Positions 1 through 12,049 of a stretch of 64,000 bases of DNA are shown here, one piece after another. The notes beneath the pieces were generated by a model. The model made no database searches, was not told where the DNA came from, and saw only the letters and a program-made list of their open reading frames with translations. Origin of the DNA: a virus. Taxonomy: Duplodnaviria; Caudoviricetes. Each line of letters starts with the position of its first letter. Position 1 is the first letter of the stretch. The position numbers and the translations under genes were made by a program. The DNA is taken from IMG/VR virus record IMGVR_UViG_3300021255_000083, positions 1 through 64,000 of that record; one strand, written 5' to 3'.

Positions 1-371
1 CCATCAAAATATCCACTAGAACTATCTACAGCTCTAAAACTTCCATATATATCACCAGTAAATGCTTCATCTAATACTACTTCATTTGGAAATGTACAAC
101 TATCAAATTCACTTTCTTCTGTTACAGGTTGTATTTCATTTCTATATACAACTGCTAAATCTCCTAATGATGGATTAGGGTCTGCTTGCATATGTTCTAC
201 TGTATCAAATAATTTTACATCTCCACTACCTGAACCTGATGGTATATTTGCAATAGCATTTGCATATGTTCTTATATCATTTGTTACAGTCATTCCTTTA
301 TTTTCTAAAGCTGTTTTCATATCATCTCTAGCATCTTGTAAAGTATTTAAATCTTGTACTATTGTTGACAT
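1..371 (-). CDS. Tail fibre-like protein, N-terminal part (runs off the left edge)
   Basis: ATG at 371 overlaps the upstream TAA (TAATG); reads MSTIVQDLNTLQDARDDMKTALENKGMTV...YANAIANIPSGSG, similar to the N-terminus of 1889..2840; open to position 1. Confidence 0.55.
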   Translation of the reverse strand, partial: MSTIVQDLNTLQDARDDMKTALENKGMTVTNDIRTYANAIANIPSGSGSGDVKLFDTVEHMQADPNPSLGDLAVVYRNEIQPVTEESEFDSCTFPNEVVLDEAFTGDIYGSFRAVDSSSGYFD

Positions 372-1870
372 TATTCATTTTCCCCCTCTCCAAATAAATC
401 TGATATTATATCTTCTGCTTCTTGTATATCTTGTTCTGTCATAGATACTGCTCCTATTGTTCCTCCTGATGTATACCCTGCTGGTATAGTTTGTTGTGAT
501 GTTGTTGGTGTGTAATTTAATTGTCCATTATTAGGCATTGTACCAGTTATAACAGTTCCATTCACATCAAAAGCTTTCTTACCAGTCAAAATATAATTAT
601 CTAAAATCTCATCATCAAAACTATTATAATAGAAATTCTTTCCATTTATATTAACACCTATTGTATGTTCTGTATCTATACTAGGTATATATAAAGTTAT
701 TTTACTATATGCTGTACTTATCCTAGAGTTAAATATAGAATATGTGGAGTTATTTTTACACATCATTCTACCAGTTGAAAATCTTATGCTCCCTATCACG
801 TTTAGACCAGAATATACTAAAGAAAAAGTATTAGTTTCATCATCAAACTTAATTAAAGAATAAGTTTGTTGATTAACATAAATTGCATAATAGTTATCAT
901 ATATATAATTAATATTATAAGGCGTACCACCAACCAAACTACTCATATCAAATCTGGCAATTACACTAGTAGTTATTTTATTATTGGTTATTGAGGTGAT
1001 TACACCACTGCTAAATATACACTTACGGCTACCCAAAGCAATAGCTGCATAAGTATTGCATACTTTACGAAAATCTCTATTTGATGTTTTTGTATATGTA
1101 GGAGATTGTCCTGATTTATCAATATGATAATAGCTATAATCTAAAAAATCACCACCGCTAGCGACAGTTACTCCACTCAATTCTTGAGTATTACCCCCTG
1201 CTAATATTCCTGTATCGTAAGAACCACCACTTATTGTTAATAAATAATCAAATTTTAATTCTGTTCTATTAAATTTTGCTAAATATGTATCATAAAGTAC
1301 ATAACCACCATATCTAAAAGACATAGTGCTAAAAGCCATATTTCCTTCTGAAGGAATATGTATAATAGATGTAGTTTTCGTATAATTATTATTATTATTT
1401 GTATAAACTGATAAAGTATTATCAGTTGATGATATAGAATTAGTATAACCTGAAACAACATATATAATATCATTTAGTTCATCTATATCTACTATAACTG
1501 ACATATACCCATAATTAGACCAATTTGTATTGTGCTCCTTAATTTTATCTATATAAACCAATGTATCGTTTTCTACTTTAAATAAATAATTGTTATGTTG
1601 AGTATTATAATTCGTTAATGATATAATTAAATAATTGTTGTAAATACTATTTATAACAATTCCTGAATATGATGATATATCAGATGTCGTTATATTACCG
1701 TTAGAAACTTCTTGCATTAAAGATGCTGTTATTTGTATAGGACTTACATTACCTACAGTATGAATATATCTTACATCTTGATAGTCTGGTAACTCATTAG
1801 CTTGTGTTATTAAATTATCTATTTTTAAATTATTATTATCTATCCATTCTTTATTTGTTATATTTGGCAT
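371..1870 (-). CDS. Tail fibre/receptor-binding-like protein (499 aa)
   Basis: Ser/Thr/Asn/Tyr-rich; C-terminal ILTGKKAF..NGTVITGTMPNNG..TPTTSQQTIPAGYTSGG segment resembles Firmicute phage fibre repeats. Confidence 0.5.
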   Translation of the reverse strand: MPNITNKEWIDNNNLKIDNLITQANELPDYQDVRYIHTVGNVSPIQITASLMQEVSNGNITTSDISSYSGIVINSIYNNYLIISLTNYNTQHNNYLFKVENDTLVYIDKIKEHNTNWSNYGYMSVIVDIDELNDIIYVVSGYTNSISSTDNTLSVYTNNNNNYTKTTSIIHIPSEGNMAFSTMSFRYGGYVLYDTYLAKFNRTELKFDYLLTISGGSYDTGILAGGNTQELSGVTVASGGDFLDYSYYHIDKSGQSPTYTKTSNRDFRKVCNTYAAIALGSRKCIFSSGVITSITNNKITTSVIARFDMSSLVGGTPYNINYIYDNYYAIYVNQQTYSLIKFDDETNTFSLVYSGLNVIGSIRFSTGRMMCKNNSTYSIFNSRISTAYSKITLYIPSIDTEHTIGVNINGKNFYYNSFDDEILDNYILTGKKAFDVNGTVITGTMPNNGQLNYTPTTSQQTIPAGYTSGGTIGAVSMTEQDIQEAEDIISDLFGEGENE

Positions 1871-1888
1871 TTAAATTTCTCCTTTCAC

Positions 1889-2840
1889 TTAATTTTTAAA
1901 TTTTATCCATTGAGTACCATCACCATAGTATGTTGGTATTGTATCATCCAAGTGACCATCATCATCGTAATAAGCTACATCATCAAATGGAATTATTATT
2001 TCATTTATAATATCTGTATTTACTAACTTTACTTTATATGGTAATAGTTTCTGTATAAAAAAGACAGAATTAGGGTCACTATCTTCTATTTTATTTGATG
2101 ATACTCTAACATTGCTAGTACCATTATCGTATACATCTTTATTAACTTTAATATTAGTATATGAAAGCACAGCCTTATTAACAGTTGCTTTAGTACTCCA
2201 GTTACTAGCACTAAAATTGGTTATACTATTTGCTAAATAACTTTCAACACAACCACCGTTGCTTAAATACAAGACCTTCATTACAGTAAAAATAAGCAGA
2301 AGAATTATTGACACTATAATAAATAGTTCCTTTAGCTATTATTAGAACAAAGCCATAACTATCACTACTACTCTGTGTTATGGCTAATAAATAATTATAA
2401 TTACTACTTTCTGCCCAACTAGGTAAACTTATTGTACCAACACCGCCATTAATCTTTGTGTAGTCCATCTTATAATCATCAAATGAGCTATAATCACTTA
2501 ATCTAGTGATTTTACTTATATCTATTTTTGTTGTTGTTTCAAGCCATATACCATCTTTTTCAGTAGGTTCTGTAGGTTGGGCATATATATTTAATTTAAT
2601 CTTACCTCCAGCTGTTTTATTATCTAATATACTTTCCAATTGAGCCAATTTAGCTTCTTGTGCAGAAAGTTCTTCTGATAAATCTTCACCTGTTTGTATA
2701 TCACTAATTAACTGTGCATAATCTGCAAATACGTTTGTAGGATTTTGTCCTTTATCTATTAAGGCTTGTTTTATATCTGCTTTACTATTTTTTATACTGT
2801 TTAAGTTATCTAATAATGTTGTATCTACTTCATTAGCCAT
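1889..2840 (-). CDS. Tail fibre-associated protein, ~316 aa after +1 shift at CAA-CGG-T (2256-2258)
   Basis: ORF 2244..2840 has in-frame CGG 4 codons before its stop; skipping the C gives Q-G-G-C-V-E-S in frame with ORF 1889..2314. Confidence 0.6.
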
Positions 2841-2870
2841 TTATTTTGCCTCCTTTTAATATTTACTCAT

Positions 2871-2881
2871 TAATATTTTAC
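2871..2881 (-). promoter_or_regulatory. GTAAAATATTA motif (candidate late promoter)
   Basis: One of nine identical intergenic copies (2871, 10189, 12022, 23527, 35148, 35245, 38060, 41272, 63555), each upstream of a - strand start. Confidence 0.6.
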
Positions 2882-2886
2882 AAAAT

Positions 2887-2911
2887 TAAAAGAGGTACTA
2901 TTGTACCTCTT
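2887..2911 (-). terminator. Intrinsic terminator
   Basis: AGAGGTAC-AATA-GTACCTCT followed by TTT on - strand, just after the stop at 2916. Confidence 0.7.
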
Positions 2912-2915
2912 GTTG

Positions 2916-3164
2916 TTATTTTTTCTTAGTTGTTTTTCTTGTTTTCTTTACTGGTTTTTCTTCAACACTTTCTTCTTGTACAACTGTACTATCTAATAAA
3001 ATTTCCTCGAATTCTGGAATTTTTCCTGCATTATTTAAAATTATTCTTTCAGGTCTACCTATTAAATCTTCAGAATGGTCTTCTTCTTTTAGCTTCAAAA
3101 ATTTATTTCTATCTGCTGTTATTACGGTAACTTTATTAAATTTATCTATTGTCATATAAAACAC
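2916..3164 (-). CDS. Hypothetical protein, Lys-rich C-terminus
   Basis: ORF with AGGAGG RBS. Confidence 0.6.
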   Translation of the reverse strand: MFYMTIDKFNKVTVITADRNKFLKLKEEDHSEDLIGRPERIILNNAGKIPEFEEILLDSTVVQEESVEEKPVKKTRKTTKKK

Positions 3165-3167
3165 CTC

Positions 3168-6007
3168 CTATTTTAAACAATCTATCATATAACCTGTTAA
3201 TATATTTTTATAATTTCTACCTGTACTTCCATTATCATCCACACCTGTTTCTGCTGCTAATATTATTTCTTGTAATGCTGTAAATGATGGTAAGGCTTTT
3301 ATACCATAAGCTAATTGTATATCTCTTCTATCTACTGTTCCGTTATTAGTAAATGTACAATAACTATTAACTCCTGTAATTAAATTAGTAATTGTGTTAT
3401 ATATTGAAGTATATTCATTTCTATATATAATATCTCCCACATTTACACTTACTGTTACATCTTGTCCCATTGGATAACATCTCAATAGTCTTTTAATATA
3501 ATCTTGTACTGTTGCATATTCAGATGCATATATTTTATTACCTTTTACTAAATTTTGTTTATTTACTGCAACTACTGTTATATTTACTGTGTTAGACCAC
3601 TCAGACCAAGATGGACTGTCATCTGAATTATCTCGCATTTCCTCATTTGTAAATATATAATTTGGCATTTGAGCTCTCATTCTTATTTTATATGTACCAG
3701 AAGTTATTACATCTCCATCAGTTCTATTTAACCATATAGCTTTATTCTGTTTATAATCAGATAACAATGAACTAAAACAATCTTCATAAGAATTTGTTGC
3801 TCCTGTCCACACATTTGTATAGTCATAAAGTTTTAATGTATTATCATCTGTAGATATTTCCACTTGAATATTACCATATTGATAATTGTTTTGCTGAGCT
3901 TGTGTATATCCTTCAAAATTAGGGTCTTCAGGCATTGTACAAAGAATTCTAAAATCTTTATTATGCCAAATAGTATTATTTATTGGATATTGTATTACAG
4001 GTGCATTCATTTTATAATAAGGTTTTACTAATTGTATATCATATGATTGTGTACCTAATATTATTTTTGTATCATCTGTAACTGTTCCTGATTGGTTTGG
4101 TTTAAAATAATATGGTGTTACTCTTGCATAATTCATCTTACCTATAAATAACTCTGTTGCTGTATTTAATGTTATACTTACTGGAGATGACAGTGCTGTT
4201 TTACTATAATATTTTGTTTGTTTTATTTGTGTTTTAGTATCATCCATTATTACTACTTTATATCCATTTACTACTCCTGCAGCTCCTGCATAATGGTTAT
4301 ATGTCCATCCCACTGTTATTGTTGGTACTTTATGTATTGCTACTGTTTTTCCTTGTACATTATTTATACCATCTGTTACTGTGTCATCTGCTGGAGATTG
4401 TGTTGGTTGATATTGTACTCTAAACGTTTTAGTACTTATTGCAGATTTATATATCCCTACCATATTTGGATGAGATACATTTAAAGTTGCTGTAGATGTT
4501 ACAAAACTATTACTTCTAACTGTTGCATTAAATACATTTTGAACATTCATTACTGTATCTGTACTTAATGATTTTGCTATCAAACTAAATCCATATCCAA
4601 TTTTGCCAACATTAGATATATCTGTTGTATTAACATATGCTAAGTTAGATGAATTAAATCCAAACCAACTTAATATATTAGTAGAACTTGTCATATTATT
4701 AGAATTAGTTAAAGTTAATGTTGTATTGAAATCACTTTCTAAATTCCATCTTCTACCATTGACATTTAGGTACATAATAGGATTATCTTGCGGACTAAAA
4801 TTATACATATTATCAGTATGATTAGATGATATAGTAAAATTAGATATACTTGGATGCGTATATGTATAAGAATATCTATATGTATAAGCATTTAAACTTG
4901 TGGCTTGTTCATTTATTGCCCAACAAACTGCTGTAAACCAACTTGATTGACTTTTAGGGTCATAGTTAGAAGAATACCATTGATTAGAATAATTATAACA
5001 ATCTAAATTACCTGCAACCTTAATATTTGTTTGAGTTGCACCATCACTTATATTAGCCCAAAGAGCAACTCTACTATTATCATCCCACCTAAATTTTGTA
5101 AGATTTATACAAATTTTACAATTACTTTGACCAACTTCTGAAATGGGTGTTATATTAGTTGTACCATCTGTTTGTAAAGGAGGTACACCTCTTAAACCAA
5201 ATATTTTAGTAGTCGAATTTGAAATACGTGTCTCTGCAGCCTCTCTAATATTGGCATATACATAATATTTTAAATCATTACCCATTTTAGGTGTAAATGG
5301 TCCTATTACACTAGCACCACTTGTTCCAGTACCTATATCTTGCCATCCAGCAGTATTACTAAAATTAGTATACCCAGCTGAAACATTATGGAAGGTACTA
5401 CCATCAGCATTACCTACACTACATAATTCTACTCTAATTTGTTTTGCGTGACTATCACCTGTCCAATCAGCCTTTAAATAACGTGATTGCCCATTCACTG
5501 TCCAATACACATCTTCAGCATATGTACCTTGTCCGTGGAACGTGTATAGTTGGAGTTGTATGAGGACTATATGGTATGTTACTTATACTATGTGAGCCTA
5601 ATTCAGCATTAGTATAATCATCATCAATATCACAATGATTATTTGAAGCAAACCCACAATGCATATAAAGAGTTAATGTCCCACTTGAAAACTCAACTAC
5701 TTTATTATTATATTTATATGTATGTAATTCTTTACCAGCACTCCAAGAACCTAAGTTTTCCACATATCCAGTATTAATTGTATCTTGGGGTGTCTTGACA
5801 AAGCTACCTATACCGAGGACCCCTATAACTTGCTGAGGCATCATAAGAACCAGCATAGCACCCATATAATATCAAAGAGCCATTAACTTTAACATACTTA
5901 TTTGAAGGCATATCACGAGTTATACTTATATTATATGCTACATTAAGTGTAGGACTACTACCGTGCCAAGTTGTATTATCTGAATTTAACCACTGAGTTA
6001 CAGCCAT
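3168..6007 (-). CDS. Large beta-rich virion (tail/baseplate-type) protein, ~945 aa after two +1 shifts at CGG (5813-5815, 5533-5535)
   Basis: ORFs 5804..6007, 5515..5865 and 3168..5510 join as ...YRGP|GIGSFVK... and ...IHVP|GQGTYAEDVYWTV... when the C of each in-frame CGG is skipped; Fn3-like WSEWSN motif near the C-terminus. Confidence 0.65.
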
Positions 6008-6019
6008 TTAAATATCCTC

Positions 6020-6493
6020 CTATCCAACATTATTTTCTGTTTCTTTGTTGTTATTTTCATCAATTAATTCTACTATTTCAGTAGGTGTTTTTAATTCATT
6101 TACTGCTTCATTAAGTGCTTGTATTTCTGTTTTTGTTTCATTAATTAAATCTTTTACATCTTTAGGATTTAATCCTTCATTTAATCCGTATACTGCACTT
6201 TCTATTAACATCATTATTTCTGTTTCTGTTATCTTAATTCCTTTTTCTTGTAATATGATTGATACTTGTTCTATAGCTTTTTGTAATTTTTCTTTTCCGT
6301 GTATATCTCCATATACTTGTTCTACAAATCTTACTACATCTTTAACTACTGTTTTTGCTGTTTCATCATTTATCTTTTTTTGATATGCATTTTTTATTTT
6401 GTTTCCTATATATGTAAATACTCCTGTTATAAATGTTGCCAATACTGGCATTAAAATTTGTATAAATTGATTTAATATTTCATTATTTTCCAT
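6020..6493 (-). CDS. Phage holin, LL-H family
   Basis: One N-terminal TM helix, then VVRFVEQVY..G.EKL..A and IESAV motifs. Confidence 0.75.
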   Translation of the reverse strand: MENNEILNQFIQILMPVLATFITGVFTYIGNKIKNAYQKKINDETAKTVVKDVVRFVEQVYGDIHGKEKLQKAIEQVSIILQEKGIKITETEIMMLIESAVYGLNEGLNPKDVKDLINETKTEIQALNEAVNELKTPTEIVELIDENNNKETENNVG

Positions 6494-6684
6494 TATACAC
6501 CTATCTCCTCTCCTATAATAATATTTGTTAGATTAGGATATATATTTAATAACCAATCTTTCATATTATTATCTAAAACTGTTATTTCACAATCATCAAA
6601 AACACCATCTAATACCCCACTAAAAGCGTCAAGACTTGAATAATTCGTTAAAGTGGATTTATACCCACTCTTTAACATCTATAA

Positions 6685-7176
6685 TTACATTAAATTACCG
6701 AACTCAACATTTATATTGACATCACTTGGAAATTCAGAACCCTTACCTATATAATCATTAACCCACGAATATTTTGCAAACTCTATTAAAACACTTTTTA
6801 TATTTTCTATTTCGTTTTCAAAATATTCTAAATCTTCTATTGTTATACCTCTATTTATAAATTCATATTGTTCTTCTTCTTGCATTGGACCATTATCTTC
6901 ATTTAGATAAAATTCAGCAAATAAAGTAATATCTTTATCATATTCACCTGTTTCTCCAATTTTATCAGCTAAATTATCTAATTCTTCCAAATTTACTAAT
7001 ACCCAAATATATTTATTATCTTTCTCTAATAATAACGGAGCTACATTACCCATTTGGTCACCCGAACCTGTTATAACTTCAATACCACCAGCTTTTACTC
7101 CTAGTGATTTTGCTTCCTGTAATTTTCCTTGTAAAGCTAATATTGTAGCTTCCTGTAATTTTTCTAATTTATTCAT
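6685..7176 (-). CDS. Acidic protein with N-terminal LQEAT motif (candidate internal head protein)
   Basis: MNKLEKLQEATILAL; the same motif starts the 31677 and 36886 genes. Confidence 0.5.
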   Translation of the reverse strand: MNKLEKLQEATILALQGKLQEAKSLGVKAGGIEVITGSGDQMGNVAPLLLEKDNKYIWVLVNLEELDNLADKIGETGEYDKDITLFAEFYLNEDNGPMQEEEQYEFINRGITIEDLEYFENEIENIKSVLIEFAKYSWVNDYIGKGSEFPSDVNINVEFGNLM

Positions 7177-7211
7177 TATTTTCTCCTCCTATAATTATTA
7201 TACTATATTAT

Positions 7212-7553
7212 TTATCTTTCTTCTGGTGTTTTCTGTTTATGTGATTGTATTATTTCCATATTTGTTTCGTAATCTCTAACATATTGAACAAATGATGAAA
7301 TAACCTCTAATCTTGCTTTTCTATCCTTTGGACTAATAACTTTATTATAATGTACCACATCATCTGCTAACCATTTTAAAGTATCTTCTAAATGATTTTT
7401 TATATTAGTAACATCATCTTCTGGTTCTGTTGGTAATCCTCTTGACTTTTTACTTGCTTGTTCCACTCTACATAATGCATCTTTCATTTCTTCCATCAAT
7501 TTAGGATATTCACTATTTATTTTATTACCTATATCACTCATTATTATATTCAC
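7212..7553 (-). CDS. Hypothetical protein
   Basis: 113 aa ORF with RBS. Confidence 0.55.
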   Translation of the reverse strand: MNIIMSDIGNKINSEYPKLMEEMKDALCRVEQASKKSRGLPTEPEDDVTNIKNHLEDTLKWLADDVVHYNKVISPKDRKARLEVISSFVQYVRDYETNMEIIQSHKQKTPEER

Positions 7554-7568
7554 ACTTCCTTAATTATT

Positions 7569-8381
7569 TTATCTACCATCATCCAACATAACTTGTTGCC
7601 AATGGTCATATTCAGCTTTCATTTTATCATAATCAGCTAATTTTTGTTGATTTATATCATAATTATCTACATAATGTGTAAATTCTTCTATAGTTACAAA
7701 ATCAGCTTTCTTTTCTTCAGATGATATAGTTTCATCTCTTAATATTGATTGTGCGTGACCTTTAACTGTATTCCTTACTTTTCTTAACATCAATTCTTTT
7801 GAACTTAATTTCTTTAACATATTATCATCTACTTCTTTCCTATAATATTCAAAATCTTCTTCCACCTCATCATACAATATTGCATCTATTTGTTGTTGTA
7901 ATTCTCTTTTTGACTTAGCTCTATTGTATTTTTGTTTTGGTCTTTCAGGTTTTGTATCTAATAAATCTGAATAGTCCTCCAACAACTCCACATCTTCCTC
8001 TAATACTGCATAATTACTTTTTACAACTAAACCTTTATCTATTTCTATTTGTGCTTTAAATTTACGTAACTCATTATTAACATACTCCTCTTGTTCTCTA
8101 GGTAAGCTGTGTATGTACATATGAGCTAACCAGTTTATTACTGCACCATTTTCTAATGATGTTTCACCACCCTCAGAACAATGTTTTAAATGATGGAGTG
8201 TCATCATTTTTTCATATCTTCTAATCTTCTTGCCGGTATATCTTTGTTCTTGTAAAAACTTTTTGTATGTCTTTATTATCTTTTTATCTTTAATCTTCTG
8301 CTCTATCCCAGCTTTCTTAAACATACAGCCTCTACCATAAAGTCTTTCTAATTCTTCTCTAATTTTCTTATTGGACTTCAT
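7569..8381 (-). CDS. HNH-like endonuclease domain protein
   Basis: TLHHLKHCSEGGETSLENGAVINWLAHMYIH fits the HNH pattern. Confidence 0.6.
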   Translation of the reverse strand: MKSNKKIREELERLYGRGCMFKKAGIEQKIKDKKIIKTYKKFLQEQRYTGKKIRRYEKMMTLHHLKHCSEGGETSLENGAVINWLAHMYIHSLPREQEEYVNNELRKFKAQIEIDKGLVVKSNYAVLEEDVELLEDYSDLLDTKPERPKQKYNRAKSKRELQQQIDAILYDEVEEDFEYYRKEVDDNMLKKLSSKELMLRKVRNTVKGHAQSILRDETISSEEKKADFVTIEEFTHYVDNYDINQQKLADYDKMKAEYDHWQQVMLDDGR

Positions 8382-8398
8382 TTATACACGACCTCTTT

Positions 8399-10154
8399 TT
8401 ATTTAATCATTATATATACTTTTCCATTCGCAGATGATTTTGTAGCTTTACCTACAACAGCTCTAGTATAATCTCTAACAATTTCTAAAGTTCCATCATT
8501 TTTTAAAGCTATTAAATCCCCTGTTTGAACTGCCAAATCTCCTATATTTAAATATACCCTTCCTGCTAAAGCCACAGGTACTTTTTCATTATCAGCAAGT
8601 CCATCTCCACCTAATACATATCCCATTGTATCAGGACTTGATACAACTCCTGCAATTCTATTTATACAATCAGGTCCTATCATATTACTTGCCTTAGTTA
8701 CTTTACCTTCATTCGTAAATACAACTACATCTCCTGCAACTATATTTTCTGTATAATCTGCTTTTTCCATATATTCAGCTATGTCATTGTACACAGCATT
8801 AAATACTCTTGATGCTCTTACATCTCCTGTAACATTTAATACCTTTGTTGTCATATTTACAGCACTACCAGAAGCATTACTTGTAGTAATATTTATAACA
8901 TCTCCAGTATTTGCTAAAGTCATATTACTTCCATCAGTCGTTAAGCTTGCATTATTACCCCAATTTTGTACTATCATATTACCTGTAAAATTAATGTCAA
9001 CTGTACCTATAGTACTATTTGCATCAGAAAATTTTATATTACCATCTGTAATAGTTATTTTTGAATTTGCATTGTTTGCACCTGATGATATTTCTACAGC
9101 ATCTTGACCGTGTATAATTGTTTTATCTCCAGTACTATCTATAGTAATTGTTTCAGGTGAAATTAAATTAGCACCTTGAGTAGCATTAATATTTATTATA
9201 TTAGGCGAAGTTATATCTAAATTATAGTCTGTTCCTTTACTTTCTATCTTATTTGGTCCTAAATCTAATGTAAGTCCTGTATTAGTTTCTGTTATTTTAA
9301 ATAAATTATTTGTAGCACTTTCTGCTGTATCGGGTGCTTTTATTATTACATTAGTTGTATTACCATCTACTGCTTCTATTCTAACACCATATTTACCTGA
9401 GCCAACATCTTGGTGGTCATCTAAAGTACCAGCAACATTTGGGTCTCTACCTGCTAAAAATTCAATAGGTCCAAATATTACATCTCCTTCTTTTGATACA
9501 TACCAATCTGGTGCTTTATACATCCAATCTTGTAACAACATTCTACTTTCATCAGGATGTTTCCAATCTTCTATTTTGCATAATATATCTTTAGCCCATA
9601 TTCTTCCATATTTATCTAAATCTTCTTGTATATCTGTAAATTCTGTACCATCCCAAGTAACTTGACCTAACCATAGTGCATCAGGGTCATTCTCATCTTT
9701 TTCAGTCCACCAATCAAGATATACCCCACTAAATAATTTTGATACACCTACTGTATCATCCCCTAAAACATTACCAGCACTATCTCTCCATAAATGTAAA
9801 GCTAATTGATATGTTCCTGCTTCATCTGGATGATAAATTCTTAAACGCTGTGTTGCTATGATATCCATACCGTTTATACAAGCTTGACCTTCTTTTACTT
9901 GTATCATAGGGTCACCTTCTAAATCAGTAACAGCTTCTAATTCAAAAGACGGATTTACTATACAGAAATTTTTACTTGTTACTCTAGTTACTATTCTTGC
10001 CATATTATATTCTAAATTTAGTTTTCCATTATCTGTTTGATTAGAACCGTGGATAACAAGTTATATAGTCGCCCTCATAGTATACTTGTTTATCTGAAAA
10101 ACTGTGAGCATATTCTATATTCTCATTAGTTATATGTGCAACTTCATTAGCCAT
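8399..10154 (-). CDS. Tail spike/fibre protein with C-terminal intramolecular-chaperone-like domain, ~584 aa after +1 shift at CCA-CGG-T (10047-10049)
   Basis: RBS-led short ORF from 10154 (MANEVAHI...TCYP) joins GSNQTDNGKLNLEYN-MARIV (ORF 8399..10003); C-terminal YNDIAEY..GDVV..GVVS..VPVALAGRV. Confidence 0.65.
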
Positions 10155-10240
10155 TATATATCTCCTCCTTGTTATATTTTGCTTACATTAATATTTTACA
10201 AAAATAAAAAGAGTAGTCTTATAACCACTCTTTTATAATA

Positions 10241-11462
10241 TTACCCCTTTAATTCATTAATTTGCTCTTGTAAATCATCACATATAGATTGTAATCTATC
10301 TATTTCATCTAATAAGTCTTGGTGTGTATGCATATCAGGATTTACAGTAACTTCTAAACTTGTATTTGATAATCCCTCTATTGTTGCTATTCCACTAACT
10401 CCACCTGTTAAACTTAATGTAAAATCGTTTGCTTTTAATGTTAAATGTTGTGTTGCAGCATTATATGAAGATGTTATACCTGTAGATGACATAGAGTTAA
10501 ATATTCTTCTCAATTGTGATGTACACTCTGCTGATAGTTTATCTGGTAAGTCTGTTATATCTGTATATGTATGTTTATGTCCTACCATAGAAAAATCATC
10601 TATATCGTGACCATCAAATTCACTTACATTAAAATCAAATACTTCTGGTAATGTACTCTTATCATCAGTTAATTTTTTATATACTTGTAATGGTGTCATT
10701 ACCACAATAGCACTTGTATCTAAATTACCTTCGTGAAATACCTTATACTTATGTGTGTCATTTTGAAATTGATTATCATCTAACATTTCATTTTCAGAAT
10801 AATCTACATACAATTCATTATTCAAGATATTTAATTGAGCTCTTAAACCTGCAACTGTGTAATTTTCATTATCTTCATCAACTATACTATCTATATAAAA
10901 TTCTCCCTCAGTTGTCATCTTACCATTAGGTAATAATCGTATACCCCCACCTAAAAATGAGCTTATAACTAAATTATTATTTCCTTCATCCACATATAAT
11001 TTACCCTTTATAAGTCTATTAGCATCTCTTATTACAACACTACCATCTTTTAATAATCCATTATCATCTGCTGGCATATTGGGCATATCATATCTATAAA
11101 TTGGACTTATATTTGCTGGCACTGATTTAGATGGTATATCATCGTAAGTATATCCACTAGGATATGTAGTTCGAGAAAATAAACATACCCACTTACTATT
11201 CCATAACCACAATGAATTATCTTCCCAACAATAATAAACCAACCCAACTTCTGGTTGTATATTATATTGTAAATCATTTATAGTTCTAACGCTTATATAA
11301 TCATATAAAACTCTGTCATTGGGTGAAATACCTTGGTCAAAATACAATTTCATTGTATCTAGACACATATACATATAACCGTTTCTTTTGTTTTGTTCTT
11401 AATACATCAAACTCTGTCATCTTGATTATATCTTTTATTTCCAATTCTACTATATTTGCCAT
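10241..11462 (-). CDS. Tail fibre-like protein, ~406 aa after +1 shift at AAA-CGG-T (11379-11381)
   Basis: RBS-led MANIVELEIK...KQKK joins GY-MYMCLDT (ORF 10241..11374); fibre-type motifs YKVFHEGN and GHKHTYTDITDLP. Confidence 0.6.
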
Positions 11463-11485
11463 AATAAATTCCTTTCAAAATTAAT

Positions 11486-11977
11486 TTATTCCTCACTTAA
11501 ATAATAATCTACACTTACAATATAGTCACTTGTTAAAAAGTTACTATACCCATTATGTGGTGAGATTGAAAAATTCGTTACATTTTCAGCATTTGCATCG
11601 TGTACAATATTCACTACTATAGGATAACTTGTATTGTTATAAGCATACACCCATAATGTATCATCTCCAACAGGATAATAAAACCAAATACTTGTCTGTA
11701 AATTATTAATCCAATGCTCTTCTCTAGCGTATACATCAACCTCTCTTTTTGTTACACTTGAATACTTACCGTTTTTATATAACGTAGTATCAATAAAGTT
11801 TCTACCATCCACAGTTGATTTACTTAGAGCATATTCAATATAATCTACTCCAGAACCTTTATAGGTACCTGTTACATCAAATACCTGTACTCCACTTTTA
11901 ATATTTTCTGGAATTATTTTGTTATTTTTTTCATTTAAAATGTTCATAGCTTTATCTTTTATTGTTGACATTTTCAT
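11486..11977 (-). CDS. Hypothetical virion-associated protein
   Basis: IIPENIKSGVQVFDVTGTY fibre-type motif; preceded by GTAAAATATTA. Confidence 0.5.
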   Translation of the reverse strand: MKMSTIKDKAMNILNEKNNKIIPENIKSGVQVFDVTGTYKGSGVDYIEYALSKSTVDGRNFIDTTLYKNGKYSSVTKREVDVYAREEHWINNLQTSIWFYYPVGDDTLWVYAYNNTSYPIVVNIVHDANAENVTNFSISPHNGYSNFLTSDYIVSVDYYLSEE

Positions 11978-12049
11978 ACCCCCTAGATTTAAAAAATAGC
12001 AGGGTGTTTAAAATACCCTACTAATATTTTACTAAATTTAATTATATTG

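Noticed and set aside
2887-2911. Similarity of this GAGGTAC/GTACCTC hairpin to type-B array hairpins
   Set aside because: Here it follows a stop codon with a T run and has no leader or periodic tract, so it is an ordinary terminator
6493-6678. Another CGG frameshift joining 6685..7176 to 6493..6678
   Set aside because: The CGG near 6698 is out of frame (TTC GGT); the small ORF lacks a clear RBS and may be a remnant
1-11977. Diversity-generating retroelement or invertible cassette acting on fibre genes
   Set aside because: No reverse transcriptase, recombinase, TR/VR pair or inverted cassette seen in this window
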